From the NCBI GenBank assembly GCA_963664435.2, contig CAXXKM010000001.1, positions 1,152,001-1,216,000 of the forward strand: a stretch of 64,000 bases of DNA. The letters run 5' to 3'. Made by a program: the position numbers and the translations under genes. Source of the stretch: Longimicrobiales bacterium (lineage in GTDB: Bacteria > Gemmatimonadota > Gemmatimonadetes > Longimicrobiales > Gaopeijiaceae). The notes below the pieces were generated by a model. The model was given only the letters and a program-made list of their open reading frames with translations. It was not told the origin of the DNA and ran no database searches. Shown here one piece after another: positions 18,734 to 27,686 of the stretch (the stretch's first letter is position 1; each line of letters starts with the position of its first letter).

Positions 18734-19897
18734 TCAGCGTCCGTCCGCGGGCTCCAGTCTCAGGACCGGGGTCGGCTCCGCGTCGCGATGGTCGATGGCG
18801 AGGTAGATCAGGCCGTCCGGGCCCTGGCGCACGTCGCGGACCCGCCCCATCCCGTACACCAGCGTCTCCTCCCGCTGCACCATCTCCCCGTCCATGACCA
18901 GGCGCGCCAGCTGCTCGAGCGCCATGCCGCCGGCGAAGATGTCCCCCTTCCAGCGCGGGAAGGCGTCACCCGTATAGAGCATCAGGCCGGAGGCGCCGAT
19001 GGACGGCACCCAGACGTGGCTGGGGTCGGCCATGCTCTCGTCCATGGTGCCCTTGTGGATGGCGAGCCCGCTGCGGTAGTTCACGCCATACCCCACCACC
19101 GGCCAGCCGTAGTTCTCGCCGGCGGCAACCAGGTTGAGCTCGTCGCCGCCCTGGGGCCCGTGTTCGGTCTGCCACACCGCCCCCGTCTCCATGTCGATCG
19201 CGAGCCCCTGCGCGTTGCGATGCCCCCAGGCCCAGATCTCGGGCCGGATGCCGGAGCTGTTCACGAACGGGTTGTCCGCGGGAACGCTCCCGTCCTCGTT
19301 GATGCGATTGGTGGTGCCGTGGTGATTGGACGGGTCCTGGGCGGGGTGCGCCTCCAGATCCCCGGATGGGGGCGCCTGGCGGTCGCCGACGGTGACGAAC
19401 AGGGTCCCGTCCGGATGGAAGGCCAGCCGGGCCCCGTAGTGGCCCCTCCCCTGGGACCTGGCCAGGAAGATCTCTTCCTCGGGGGTGAAGGTGTCGTTCT
19501 CGAAGGTGCCGCGCAGCACCGACGTGGTGGAGCCTCCCTCGACCGGCTTGGCGTAGCTGATGAAGAGCACGTTGTTGCTGGCGAAGTCGGGATGCGGCAG
19601 CACGTCGAAGAGCCCGCCCTGCCCCTGGGCGAAGACCTCGGGCACGCCGGGCACCGGGTCGGGCAGCAGGTTGCCGTCGCGGACGATGCGCAGCCTCCCC
19701 GGCCGCTCCGTGATCAGCATGTCACCATTGGGAAGCCAGGCCATCGACCATGGGCGGATCAGGCCGTCCGCCACGGTCGCGACGCGGTAGTCGTGTTCGA
19801 GCGAGCGGATGACGCCCGACTGCGCCGAGACGGGGGTCGGAGCGAGAGCCGACAGCAGAAGGCCGGCGGCGGCGAGTGCGAAGAAGGAGCGGGCCAT
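18734..19897 (-). CDS. PQQ-dependent glucose/sorbosone dehydrogenase family
   Basis: Signal peptide; PWSMAWLP, ITERPGRLR, GQGGLFDV, GHRNAQGL, EHGPQGGDELN, NYGWP, RVRDV.QGPDG. Confidence 0.92.
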   Translation of the reverse strand: MARSFFALAAAGLLLSALAPTPVSAQSGVIRSLEHDYRVATVADGLIRPWSMAWLPNGDMLITERPGRLRIVRDGNLLPDPVPGVPEVFAQGQGGLFDVLPHPDFASNNVLFISYAKPVEGGSTTSVLRGTFENDTFTPEEEIFLARSQGRGHYGARLAFHPDGTLFVTVGDRQAPPSGDLEAHPAQDPSNHHGTTNRINEDGSVPADNPFVNSSGIRPEIWAWGHRNAQGLAIDMETGAVWQTEHGPQGGDELNLVAAGENYGWPVVGYGVNYRSGLAIHKGTMDESMADPSHVWVPSIGASGLMLYTGDAFPRWKGDIFAGGMALEQLARLVMDGEMVQREETLVYGMGRVRDVRQGPDGLIYLAIDHRDAEPTPVLRLEPADGR

Positions 19898-20033
19898 CTG
19901 AGTTCTCCTGTGAGGGTCCGAGTCTCTTGAATGTTATCGCCGGGAACGAGGGCGGGCGAGTGGGCGGGCGATCATCGGGTACCCGGCTGGTTTCCCGGTC
20001 CCGGACCCCGCGGCGGCGGTGCCCGGCAGCCCA

Positions 20034-21389
20034 TCAGTTGAAGCCCTGGATCCCCCGGAAACGGTTGTTCACGACATTGTTGAAGATCGAGCCGAACTGA
20101 AACGAGAATCCCAGGCGCAGGTTGTAGTCGTACGACGTCGCCCGCAGCCGCAGCGCGAGCAGGGCTTCCTCGTCGGTCACGCCCTCCCCCGACAGGTAGA
20201 TCTGGTCCTCGACCCGCCGGATGCTGCCGCGCGCATTGATGCTGAAGCCCCGCAGCACGCGGTAGTCGATGTCCCCGCGCAGCGAGATGTTGTAGAGGCC
20301 GGTGTCGTGGAGGAACTGGGAGCCCTGCAGGGTCAGGCCCGCGTCTCCCCAGTCCTGCCGCTGCGAGAAGTCGACCTCGAAGGAGTGTTCCGCGCGCGTC
20401 TCCTGGTCCTCGCCGTAGGTGGTCGTCTCGAAGTACTCCCGATACGCCGCGCCGATGCGGTAGGACGCGGTCAGAGACCGCCGGGTGGCTTCCTCGTAGG
20501 GAAAGAAGCTGTACTCGATGACCGGGCTCACCTCGACCCGGACGCGCTGGTTGAAGCGCGTCGTGCGCGCCGACTGCAGCTGCATCCCGGTCGACCAGTG
20601 GTTGGCGAGCGAGTAGACGGCGGTCTGGTTGAAGTTCCAGTCGATCCGGGTGTCCGAGAAATCGCCGTCGTCGAGCTCAACGAGCAGCCGGTTGTAGCTG
20701 GTCCGGATGTTGGTGCGCACCTTCCAGGTCGGGGTCACCCGGGACACCGAGAAGCTGCCGGAGCTCTGAGTCCTCTTGCGGGTCGACTCGCCGTCGAACT
20801 CGCCGCTGCCGTTGATGCGGAACACCCACAGGTCCCACCGGTCCTCTACCTCGGAGCGCGCGACCACGCGCTCGCCCGTCACGTCCCGCGGAGTGACGCT
20901 TACCAGGCTCACGATGTCGCGAAATCCGGCGCTGGCGGCGAAGCTCGCCAGACCAACGCCCAGTGCGTGGGCGAACCCGTCGAGCTGTTCGCGCTCGGTG
21001 TCGGTGGGGAGCGACTGGTACCGTACCGCGGACTGGTATCCTTCGCTGGCGCCGTAACCGATGTAATCGAAGCGGAACTCCCTGCCTCCGCTGCCGGTGC
21101 CCAGGCTGGTGATGATCACGTGGACATCGGCGGCCTCGGGCAGGCGCACCCAGTTCACCCAGTCGATCTCGGTGCGGTAGTAGTCGAGGTTGCACCTCGG
21201 GCCGGAGCAGTCGAAGAAGACGTTGGGCCGGTCCACGGGCGCGGCCTCGTCCTGGGCGAGCGCGCGCGCCGGTGCCGGGAGCGCCGCCAGCAGGAGAAGC
21301 GGAGCCAGAGCCGGAAGCACGGCCCGCAGTCGGTGGGTCGAGCCTCGCGTGGGGACGGGAGGCGGAACTCGGAGAAGCGGAGTGGGCAA
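20034..21389 (-). CDS. Hypothetical outer-membrane beta-barrel protein (start uncertain)
   Basis: Signal-like segment ending ARALA-QD; alternating aromatic beta-strands; C-terminal FSFQFGSIFNNVVNNRF. Confidence 0.7.
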   Translation of the reverse strand: MPTPLLRVPPPVPTRGSTHRLRAVLPALAPLLLLAALPAPARALAQDEAAPVDRPNVFFDCSGPRCNLDYYRTEIDWVNWVRLPEAADVHVIITSLGTGSGGREFRFDYIGYGASEGYQSAVRYQSLPTDTEREQLDGFAHALGVGLASFAASAGFRDIVSLVSVTPRDVTGERVVARSEVEDRWDLWVFRINGSGEFDGESTRKRTQSSGSFSVSRVTPTWKVRTNIRTSYNRLLVELDDGDFSDTRIDWNFNQTAVYSLANHWSTGMQLQSARTTRFNQRVRVEVSPVIEYSFFPYEEATRRSLTASYRIGAAYREYFETTTYGEDQETRAEHSFEVDFSQRQDWGDAGLTLQGSQFLHDTGLYNISLRGDIDYRVLRGFSINARGSIRRVEDQIYLSGEGVTDEEALLALRLRATSYDYNLRLGFSFQFGSIFNNVVNNRFRGIQGFN

Positions 21390-21637
21390 CGCTATGAGGA
21401 TGGCTGCTGAAGGACGCTTGGGTCGGGGCCGTTGGTTCCCGGAGCCTGACCGGCTCCAAGGGCAGGGACCTCGGAAGATGCAATAGTGTTGACCCCGGCG
21501 ACAGGTGCCCGGCGGGGAACGGGACCCCACTGGCATTTCAAGCGTCCCCGCGTGCATGATGCGGTTATCCGTGTTCCCGGGATGCGTTGCCGGTACCCGT
21601 GACGCGTCGCCCGTTCCCGTTTTCGGAGGATCTCGCC

Positions 21638-23326
21638 ATGCGCCTGAAGCGACCCAGGTACGGCCTCCGCGGCCTGTGCGCCGCGGCCCCTGTTCTCGCC
21701 GCGGCGGCGGTCGCATCGTGCGCGCCCGCCAGGGATGCTCCCGGCGCCGGGGAGGCCGCCTCCGCGACCGGCGCCAACCGGATGGTCGAGCTCCTGTCGA
21801 GCGGCCAGCCGGTCTTCGGCATCTTCTCCGGCGAACACACGCCGGGCCAGGGGGCGCGCATGGCGCGCAACCGGGAGGCCGACTTCATCTTCTACTCGCT
21901 TGAGTCCGGGCCCTTCGACATCCCCGCCATGGAGGCGTATATGGAGGGGATGCGCGAGGGGGCGGGCGACTACGCGCCTCAGCCGGTGGCGCTGCGCATC
22001 CCGCCGATCCGCGATGGAGCCGACTCGGCGCGGGCGCGGGCGCGGGCCGGGCTGAACGCCGGCGCCCACTCCATCGTGTATCCCCACGTCGAGAGCGCCG
22101 AGGAGGCGGAGCTGGCGGTGGGGGCGCTCGGCGACGCGGCCTGGCCGGGCAACCGGGACGGGAACCTGGTGAACATCCTGCTCATCGAGGACCAGGTCGG
22201 GATCGAGCGCGCGGCCGGGATCGTGCGCACACCCGGGGTGAGCGTGGTGATCCCCGGCCCGGGCGACCTGCGGCGCGCCTACGAGGGAGACATGGAGGCG
22301 GTGGAAGCCGCCATCCAGACCGTCCTGGCGGAGTGCCTGGCGGCGGACGTGCCGTGCGGCATAACGGCCGGGCCCGACGATATCGGTGAGCGCCTCGACC
22401 AGGGCTTCAGGGTCATCATCGTGACCTCGCCGGAGGCGCTCACGGTCGGGCGCGCCCACGCCGGACGGGCGGAAGCCGAGGTCGCGCGCGCGACCAGCAC
22501 GATCGGGCTCTGGGAGCGCAACCTGGCCGCCTTCGGGGTGTTCGTTCCGCCGGAGTTCGCGGGCGGTGGGGGATCGGGGGGCGGGGGCGGGCCGAGTGCG
22601 AGTGCCGGCGCGGAGCCGGGCGCGGGCGCGGAGCCGGGCGGCGGCGCGCGCGGACAGAGGGGGCCGCCGCGCTACACCGTCGAAGGTGGGCGGGAGCTGG
22701 CGCGCAATCCTCTCCTCGACTTCGTCTTCCTCAACCTGGAGCGGAACTACGATCCGGCCGCCGTGGAGGCGATCGCCACCGGGCTGCGCTCTGCCGACGC
22801 CGTCGGGCGCAAGACCCTGCTGGTGCGCATCCCGTCCATAGAGCAGGACGGAGAGGAAGCGACGCGGGCCCGCGTGCAGGAGGCGCTTGCACTCGGCGCC
22901 GACGGGGTCGTGCTGCCGCATGTGCGCAGTGTGGCGGAGGCGCGCGCCGCGGTCGGCTTCTTCGAGGTCGCGGGCGCGGACGTGTGGTCGCCCGCCAACC
23001 CGGACGGCACGGTGATCGCCATGCTCATGGTCGAGGACCCGGATGCGGTCGCGGAAGCGGCGGCCATCGCCGACGTACCCGGCTACAGCGTGCTGGCCTG
23101 CGGCATCGGCAGCCTCACCGGCGCTCTCGGCGGGGACCGCGAGGCGGCCGAGCAGGGCAACCAGGCCGTGCTCGCGGAGGCCACCCGGGCCGGGCTGGCC
23201 GACATGATCACCGCGAACGCCGGCGACATCGAGCAGCGGGTCGAGGAAGGATTCCTGGGGCTGCTCATGCAGGTGGGCGGCGCCGAGGAGGCCATCCGGC
23301 TGGGGAGGCAGGCGGCGGGACGGTGA
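21638..23326 (+). CDS. Lipoprotein with two HpcH/HpaI aldolase-like domains
   Basis: GGAGG RBS; lipobox AVASC; two repeats of (L/V)RIP...P(H)V.S..EA...L(I/V)ED; Gly/Pro-rich linker. Confidence 0.75.
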   Translation: MRLKRPRYGLRGLCAAAPVLAAAAVASCAPARDAPGAGEAASATGANRMVELLSSGQPVFGIFSGEHTPGQGARMARNREADFIFYSLESGPFDIPAMEAYMEGMREGAGDYAPQPVALRIPPIRDGADSARARARAGLNAGAHSIVYPHVESAEEAELAVGALGDAAWPGNRDGNLVNILLIEDQVGIERAAGIVRTPGVSVVIPGPGDLRRAYEGDMEAVEAAIQTVLAECLAADVPCGITAGPDDIGERLDQGFRVIIVTSPEALTVGRAHAGRAEAEVARATSTIGLWERNLAAFGVFVPPEFAGGGGSGGGGGPSASAGAEPGAGAEPGGGARGQRGPPRYTVEGGRELARNPLLDFVFLNLERNYDPAAVEAIATGLRSADAVGRKTLLVRIPSIEQDGEEATRARVQEALALGADGVVLPHVRSVAEARAAVGFFEVAGADVWSPANPDGTVIAMLMVEDPDAVAEAAAIADVPGYSVLACGIGSLTGALGGDREAAEQGNQAVLAEATRAGLADMITANAGDIEQRVEEGFLGLLMQVGGAEEAIRLGRQAAGR

Positions 23327-23340
23327 CCTGATCCTCGTAC

Positions 23341-24462
23341 TCAGACCGCCGAATCGCCCGGGGACGCCGACAGCAGGAAGCGCTCCACCGCGACGCTGGT
23401 CGCCTCCCAGGACAGCGATTCCGCGTATCGACGCGCTCCCGCGCCCAGCTGATCGCGCAGCTGCCGGTCCGTAACCAGTCGTCTGATCGCCCCCGCCAGC
23501 GCATCGACATCGCCGTGGGGCACGAGCAGCCCGGTCTTTCCGGCCAGCACGGCCTCACGCAGCCCGGGAGAGTCGCTCGCCACCGATGGAGTGCCGCAGG
23601 CGCCGGCCTCGAGCACCGTGATCCCCCAGCCTTCCTTGGGAGACGTGAGCCCGTGCACCCACGACGTGCGCATCAGGTCGACCTTCGTCCTGTCATCCAC
23701 GAATCCCAGAAAAATGACCCGCTCCTCCACGCCCATCTCCTTCACCAGCTGCTCCAGCTCCGGGCGGCCATCGCCCGCGCCCGCCACCTTGAAGTCGATG
23801 TAGAGCCCCTCCCGCGCGAGCTTCGCCACCGCTCGCACGAGCAGGTCGACACCCTTGTAGCGCTTGAGGCGCCCCAGGTAGAGGAGGGAGGGCCTTGGCG
23901 TGCTGCGGCCGCCCGGATGCGGCGTGTAGTGGACGGTGTCCACCCCTACCGGAATGACCTCCATGGGGGCCCGCAGCCCGCGTCCGGTCAGGTCGTCGCG
24001 CGTGCTCCGCGAGACCGCGATGGTGGGCCGGCGCCGATACACCAGCGGGAGCGGCCGTTCCATGAGCCAGGTCGCCGCCGCGAGCGGGAAGGAGGCCTCA
24101 CGGAAGGCGGTCAGCCCGAAGAGGTGGTGCACGACCGGAACGACCGGCGCCGACGTCCACCACGGAGAGAAGAGGGGCACCTTGTTGAGGTTGTCCACCA
24201 CCACGTCCCAGCGTTCGCCCCGCAGGTTGCGCAGGTAGTACCAGGGCGCGGCGATGGAGAACGTGTAGCGGCCGCCGGTTCTGTGAACCTCGATGTCGTC
24301 GAGGCGCACGCGGGGCTCGCACCCCTCGAAACCCGAGGCCAGCAGCGTGACCTGGTAGCCGCGGCGCGCGAGCCGGCCGAAGACCTGGTGGACGTGTTCC
24401 TCGGCGCCACCGGCCTGCGGGTTTTCCCGGTCCTGCCAGTTCAGGACGAGGATTCGCCGCAC
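23341..24462 (-). CDS. Glycosyltransferase family 4
   Basis: NWQD..NPQAGGAE, LGRLKRYKG, EGWGITVLEAGACGTP (EX7E). Confidence 0.92.
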   Translation of the reverse strand: MRRILVLNWQDRENPQAGGAEEHVHQVFGRLARRGYQVTLLASGFEGCEPRVRLDDIEVHRTGGRYTFSIAAPWYYLRNLRGERWDVVVDNLNKVPLFSPWWTSAPVVPVVHHLFGLTAFREASFPLAAATWLMERPLPLVYRRRPTIAVSRSTRDDLTGRGLRAPMEVIPVGVDTVHYTPHPGGRSTPRPSLLYLGRLKRYKGVDLLVRAVAKLAREGLYIDFKVAGAGDGRPELEQLVKEMGVEERVIFLGFVDDRTKVDLMRTSWVHGLTSPKEGWGITVLEAGACGTPSVASDSPGLREAVLAGKTGLLVPHGDVDALAGAIRRLVTDRQLRDQLGAGARRYAESLSWEATSVAVERFLLSASPGDSAV

Positions 24463-24466
24463 GGGC

Positions 24467-25357
24467 TCACGCCGGCCGCGCGTGGGCGACCAGGTGGTCG
24501 ACGTGGTGGTCTTCCATGCAGTTGGCGGCCGTGGTCTCCAGCTGAACCGTCACGTGCCGGATGGCGAACTCCTCGTAGGCGATGGTGCGGATGCGTCCGA
24601 GCAGGTCCTGCATCTCCCCCCGCCGCTCCGGTTCCACCATCACGTGGGCGGTCAGGGCGTCGTACCCCGGGGTCAGGGTCCAGACGTGCACGTCGTGGAT
24701 CAGGGTCACCCCCGGCAGTTCCTCGATCCGGCTGCAGAGCCGGTAGACGTCGATGTGCTCCGGCGTGCCCTCGAGCAGCACGTGGACGACGTGGGCCAGG
24801 AGCCGCCAGGTGTTGACGAGCGCCAGGATGGCGATGGCCGCTGCGAAGGTCAGGTCAGCGGCCTGCCAGTCCAGTATCTGGATGGCCAGGGCCCCGAGGA
24901 CAGTGGCTGCCGGACCCATGACGCTCAGGAAGGTGTGCTCGTGCATGTGCGCGACGCCCGCATGCTCTTTCGCCGGTTGTTTCAGGACGAGCATGACGAT
25001 GACATGCACTGCCAGCCCGATCACCGCGATGCCCAGCATGAGCCCCCCGTCGACGTCGGATCCCTCGCCGAAACGGCCCCAGGCCTCGAGCAGAATCCAC
25101 GCCGCGATCGCCCACAGCACCAGTGCATTGGCCAGAGAGGCCAGAATCTCGGCCCGCTGGTAGCCGAACGTGCGCTGCACGGTCCCGGCGGGTGCGTCCG
25201 ATCCCGTGGTGAGCAGGGCCAGCCCCATGGCTACGCCCACGGTCAGGCCGTAGCCGGCGTCGGCCAGGAGCGCCAGGCTGCCGGACACGATCCCGCCGGC
25301 CACCTTGGCGATGGTCACGACGACGACGAGGGTGAGCGAGATGCGCAGGCTGGTCAT
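24467..25357 (-). CDS. Cation diffusion facilitator paralogue with a degenerate transport site
   Basis: SGSLALLADAG, TFGYQRAEILA, HDVHVWTLT; TM2 YGLTV and TM5 HTFLS replace HxxxD. Confidence 0.85.
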   Translation of the reverse strand: MTSLRISLTLVVVVTIAKVAGGIVSGSLALLADAGYGLTVGVAMGLALLTTGSDAPAGTVQRTFGYQRAEILASLANALVLWAIAAWILLEAWGRFGEGSDVDGGLMLGIAVIGLAVHVIVMLVLKQPAKEHAGVAHMHEHTFLSVMGPAATVLGALAIQILDWQAADLTFAAAIAILALVNTWRLLAHVVHVLLEGTPEHIDVYRLCSRIEELPGVTLIHDVHVWTLTPGYDALTAHVMVEPERRGEMQDLLGRIRTIAYEEFAIRHVTVQLETTAANCMEDHHVDHLVAHARPA

Positions 25358-25413
25358 GGGCTTCGGTCCGGTTTGTGAAGGGAAATGGGGTGGCGGGGGG
25401 CGCCGGCGGGCCC

Positions 25414-27471
25414 TCAGCTGGCTCTCGGCGTCGCCCGGTACTTGTCGAACCAGGCCACGATGTTGGCGATCTTGGCCATCAGCTGGCTGGGTCGGCGGCT
25501 CATGTCGTGGGAGGCGCCGGGCAGTCGGATCACCGCCGTGTCGATCTCGCGCATCTTCAGGGCATGGAAGAGCTGGTACGACTCCGACAGCGGCGTGCGC
25601 AGGTCCTCCTCGCCGGTGATGATCAGCGTCGGGGTGTCGATTTCGCCGGCCAGCGAAAGCGGAGAGAATTCCCAGTAGGGGTCGGGGTTCTCCCAGGGCA
25701 GGCCGTCATAGCGGCTGAAGTAGTAGCCGTACCAGTTGTCCGCCGTGAGCGTCTTGCTGATCCAGTTGATGACCGGCTTCTGCGCCACCGCGGCGCGGAA
25801 ACGATCCGTCTTGCCGACGATCCAGGCGGTCATGATCCCGCCCGCGCTGCCCCCGGTGACGAAGAGGTTGTTCTCGTCGATGTATCCCCGTTCGACCACC
25901 GCGTCGACGCCGGAGATCAGGTCGTCGTAGTCCTGGCCCGGATAGTTGTGGTAGAGCAGGTCCCCGAACTCCCCTCCGTAGCTGGTGCTGCCCCTGGGGT
26001 TGGGGTAGAGGACGACGTACCCCGCGGCGGCGAGCAGCTGCATCTCGGCGGAGAACCGGTCGCCGTAGTTGGAGACGGGCCCGCCGTGGATCTCCAGGAT
26101 CAGCGGATAGCGCCGGCTCGGGTCGAAGTCCGGCGGCCTGACGATCCAGCCCTGGATCGGTCGGCCGTCGAAGGATGATTCCCACCAGATCTCCTCCACC
26201 TCCCCGAGCGTTCGGTTGGCGAGCAGATCGTCGTTGAGCGCGGTGATGCGCCGCGGCCCGTCGTCGTCCCGCAGTCGCACCGCCAGCTCGCCCGGCATGT
26301 CCGGGCGGGTCTGGTTGAGCGCGATGCCGCCGTCGTTCGCGACCGAGAAGGAACCGCCCCCGTAGGGCCGGCCGTAGGATGTGCCGCCGAGGTCCTCCGC
26401 CAGCACCTCGACCTCGCCGTCCAGCGTGGCGAACGCGACCCGGGAGTTGCCCTCGTCGTCGTACTGGAAGAAGAGGCCGCTCCCGTCGGAGGCCCACACC
26501 GGGTTGGCGACGCTCCGGTCCAGGCCGGCGGTGACGATGCGCCGGCCGCTGCCGTCGAGGTTCATGACCTGCAGCCGGCTCACCTGGTAGGTGCGCGTCC
26601 GGTCCTCGTAGCCTACGAACGCGACCTGCCGCCCGTCCGGTGAGACCGCCGGACTCTGGTCGGGGCCGGGACGGTCGGTCAGCGCGCGGATCTCTCCGCC
26701 CGCCGCGGGCGCGATGTACAGTTCGGAGTTCCGGTAGTCGAGCACCCAGTCCGGGTTGCGGTTGGACGAGAACACCAGGCTCCTGCCGTCGGGCGTCCAG
26801 GCGGGCGCGCTGGAGTGCTGGAAGTCGCCCGTGGTCACCTGGACGGCCGTTCCACCCTCCGCCGGGATGACGAAGATGTGGTTGTATCCGAAGTCCAGGT
26901 AGCCGACCCCGTCCTGCCGGTTCTTGAAGCGGTCCTCCATGATGGGCGGGGCGGCCCAGTCGGCCCCCTCGGGGGGGCGCGGCGGCGCCACCAGGCTCGG
27001 CGCCGGATACGGCACCAGCATGTTGAAGGCGATCCGGCGGCCGTCGGGCGACCAGCGGATGCCCCTCGGGGACTCCGTCAACTGGGAAAGGGTGGCGGTC
27101 TCGCCCGTGTCCATCCAGCGCAGGTGGATCTGCCCCTCCGCCGTATAGGCGAGCCTGGTGCCGTCCGGGGACCAGCGCGGCGACCCACCCTCGCCGAGGC
27201 GTCTGTGTTCGGACCCGTCCACGTCGACGATCCACAGCTCGGAACGGCGCCGGTCGCGCATGACGTCCATCGAGTTGCGCACGTAGACGACCCGGCTGCC
27301 ATCCGGGGAGATCTGCGGGTCGGCCGCGAACTCGAGCGCAAAGACGTCCATGGGCTCGAAGTGGTTCTGGGCGTGGGCCGGACGCGCACCGACCTGGGTG
27401 GCCAGAAGGGCTGCGGCGAGGGTGGCTCCGATCGCCGGCGGGGCTGTCACGAAACGGCTCTTGGCATGCAT
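25414..27471 (-). CDS. S9C-like (acylaminoacyl/prolyl oligo) peptidase with PD40 propeller
   Basis: Signal peptide; WSPDG repeats; IHGGP, NPRGS, GGSAGG, EDLRT, ASH. Confidence 0.92.
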   Translation of the reverse strand: MHAKSRFVTAPPAIGATLAAALLATQVGARPAHAQNHFEPMDVFALEFAADPQISPDGSRVVYVRNSMDVMRDRRRSELWIVDVDGSEHRRLGEGGSPRWSPDGTRLAYTAEGQIHLRWMDTGETATLSQLTESPRGIRWSPDGRRIAFNMLVPYPAPSLVAPPRPPEGADWAAPPIMEDRFKNRQDGVGYLDFGYNHIFVIPAEGGTAVQVTTGDFQHSSAPAWTPDGRSLVFSSNRNPDWVLDYRNSELYIAPAAGGEIRALTDRPGPDQSPAVSPDGRQVAFVGYEDRTRTYQVSRLQVMNLDGSGRRIVTAGLDRSVANPVWASDGSGLFFQYDDEGNSRVAFATLDGEVEVLAEDLGGTSYGRPYGGGSFSVANDGGIALNQTRPDMPGELAVRLRDDDGPRRITALNDDLLANRTLGEVEEIWWESSFDGRPIQGWIVRPPDFDPSRRYPLILEIHGGPVSNYGDRFSAEMQLLAAAGYVVLYPNPRGSTSYGGEFGDLLYHNYPGQDYDDLISGVDAVVERGYIDENNLFVTGGSAGGIMTAWIVGKTDRFRAAVAQKPVINWISKTLTADNWYGYYFSRYDGLPWENPDPYWEFSPLSLAGEIDTPTLIITGEEDLRTPLSESYQLFHALKMREIDTAVIRLPGASHDMSRRPSQLMAKIANIVAWFDKYRATPRAS

Positions 27472-27686
27472 CGGCTTGCTCGCGGAGTTCGGTGGCGTGA
27501 AGAAGTCCTGCGCAAAGTCCACCGGATCGGCGCTGACGGCAACCGGTGCCGTCGTCCCTCGAGGCCGTCCTGCCGTTCGTCTCCCGGACAACCTGCCTCC
27601 GTCGCCGGGCCACGCCGCCCGGTTCGTCCCGCGGGTACCGGCCGCTTAGTCTTCATCCACGATGCCACCCAAGGGGAGATCGACCC

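Noticed and set aside
21480..21600. AGGTGC...GGGAA motif suggesting a cobalamin riboswitch
   Set aside because: B12-box and remaining conserved elements not found; downstream gene unrelated
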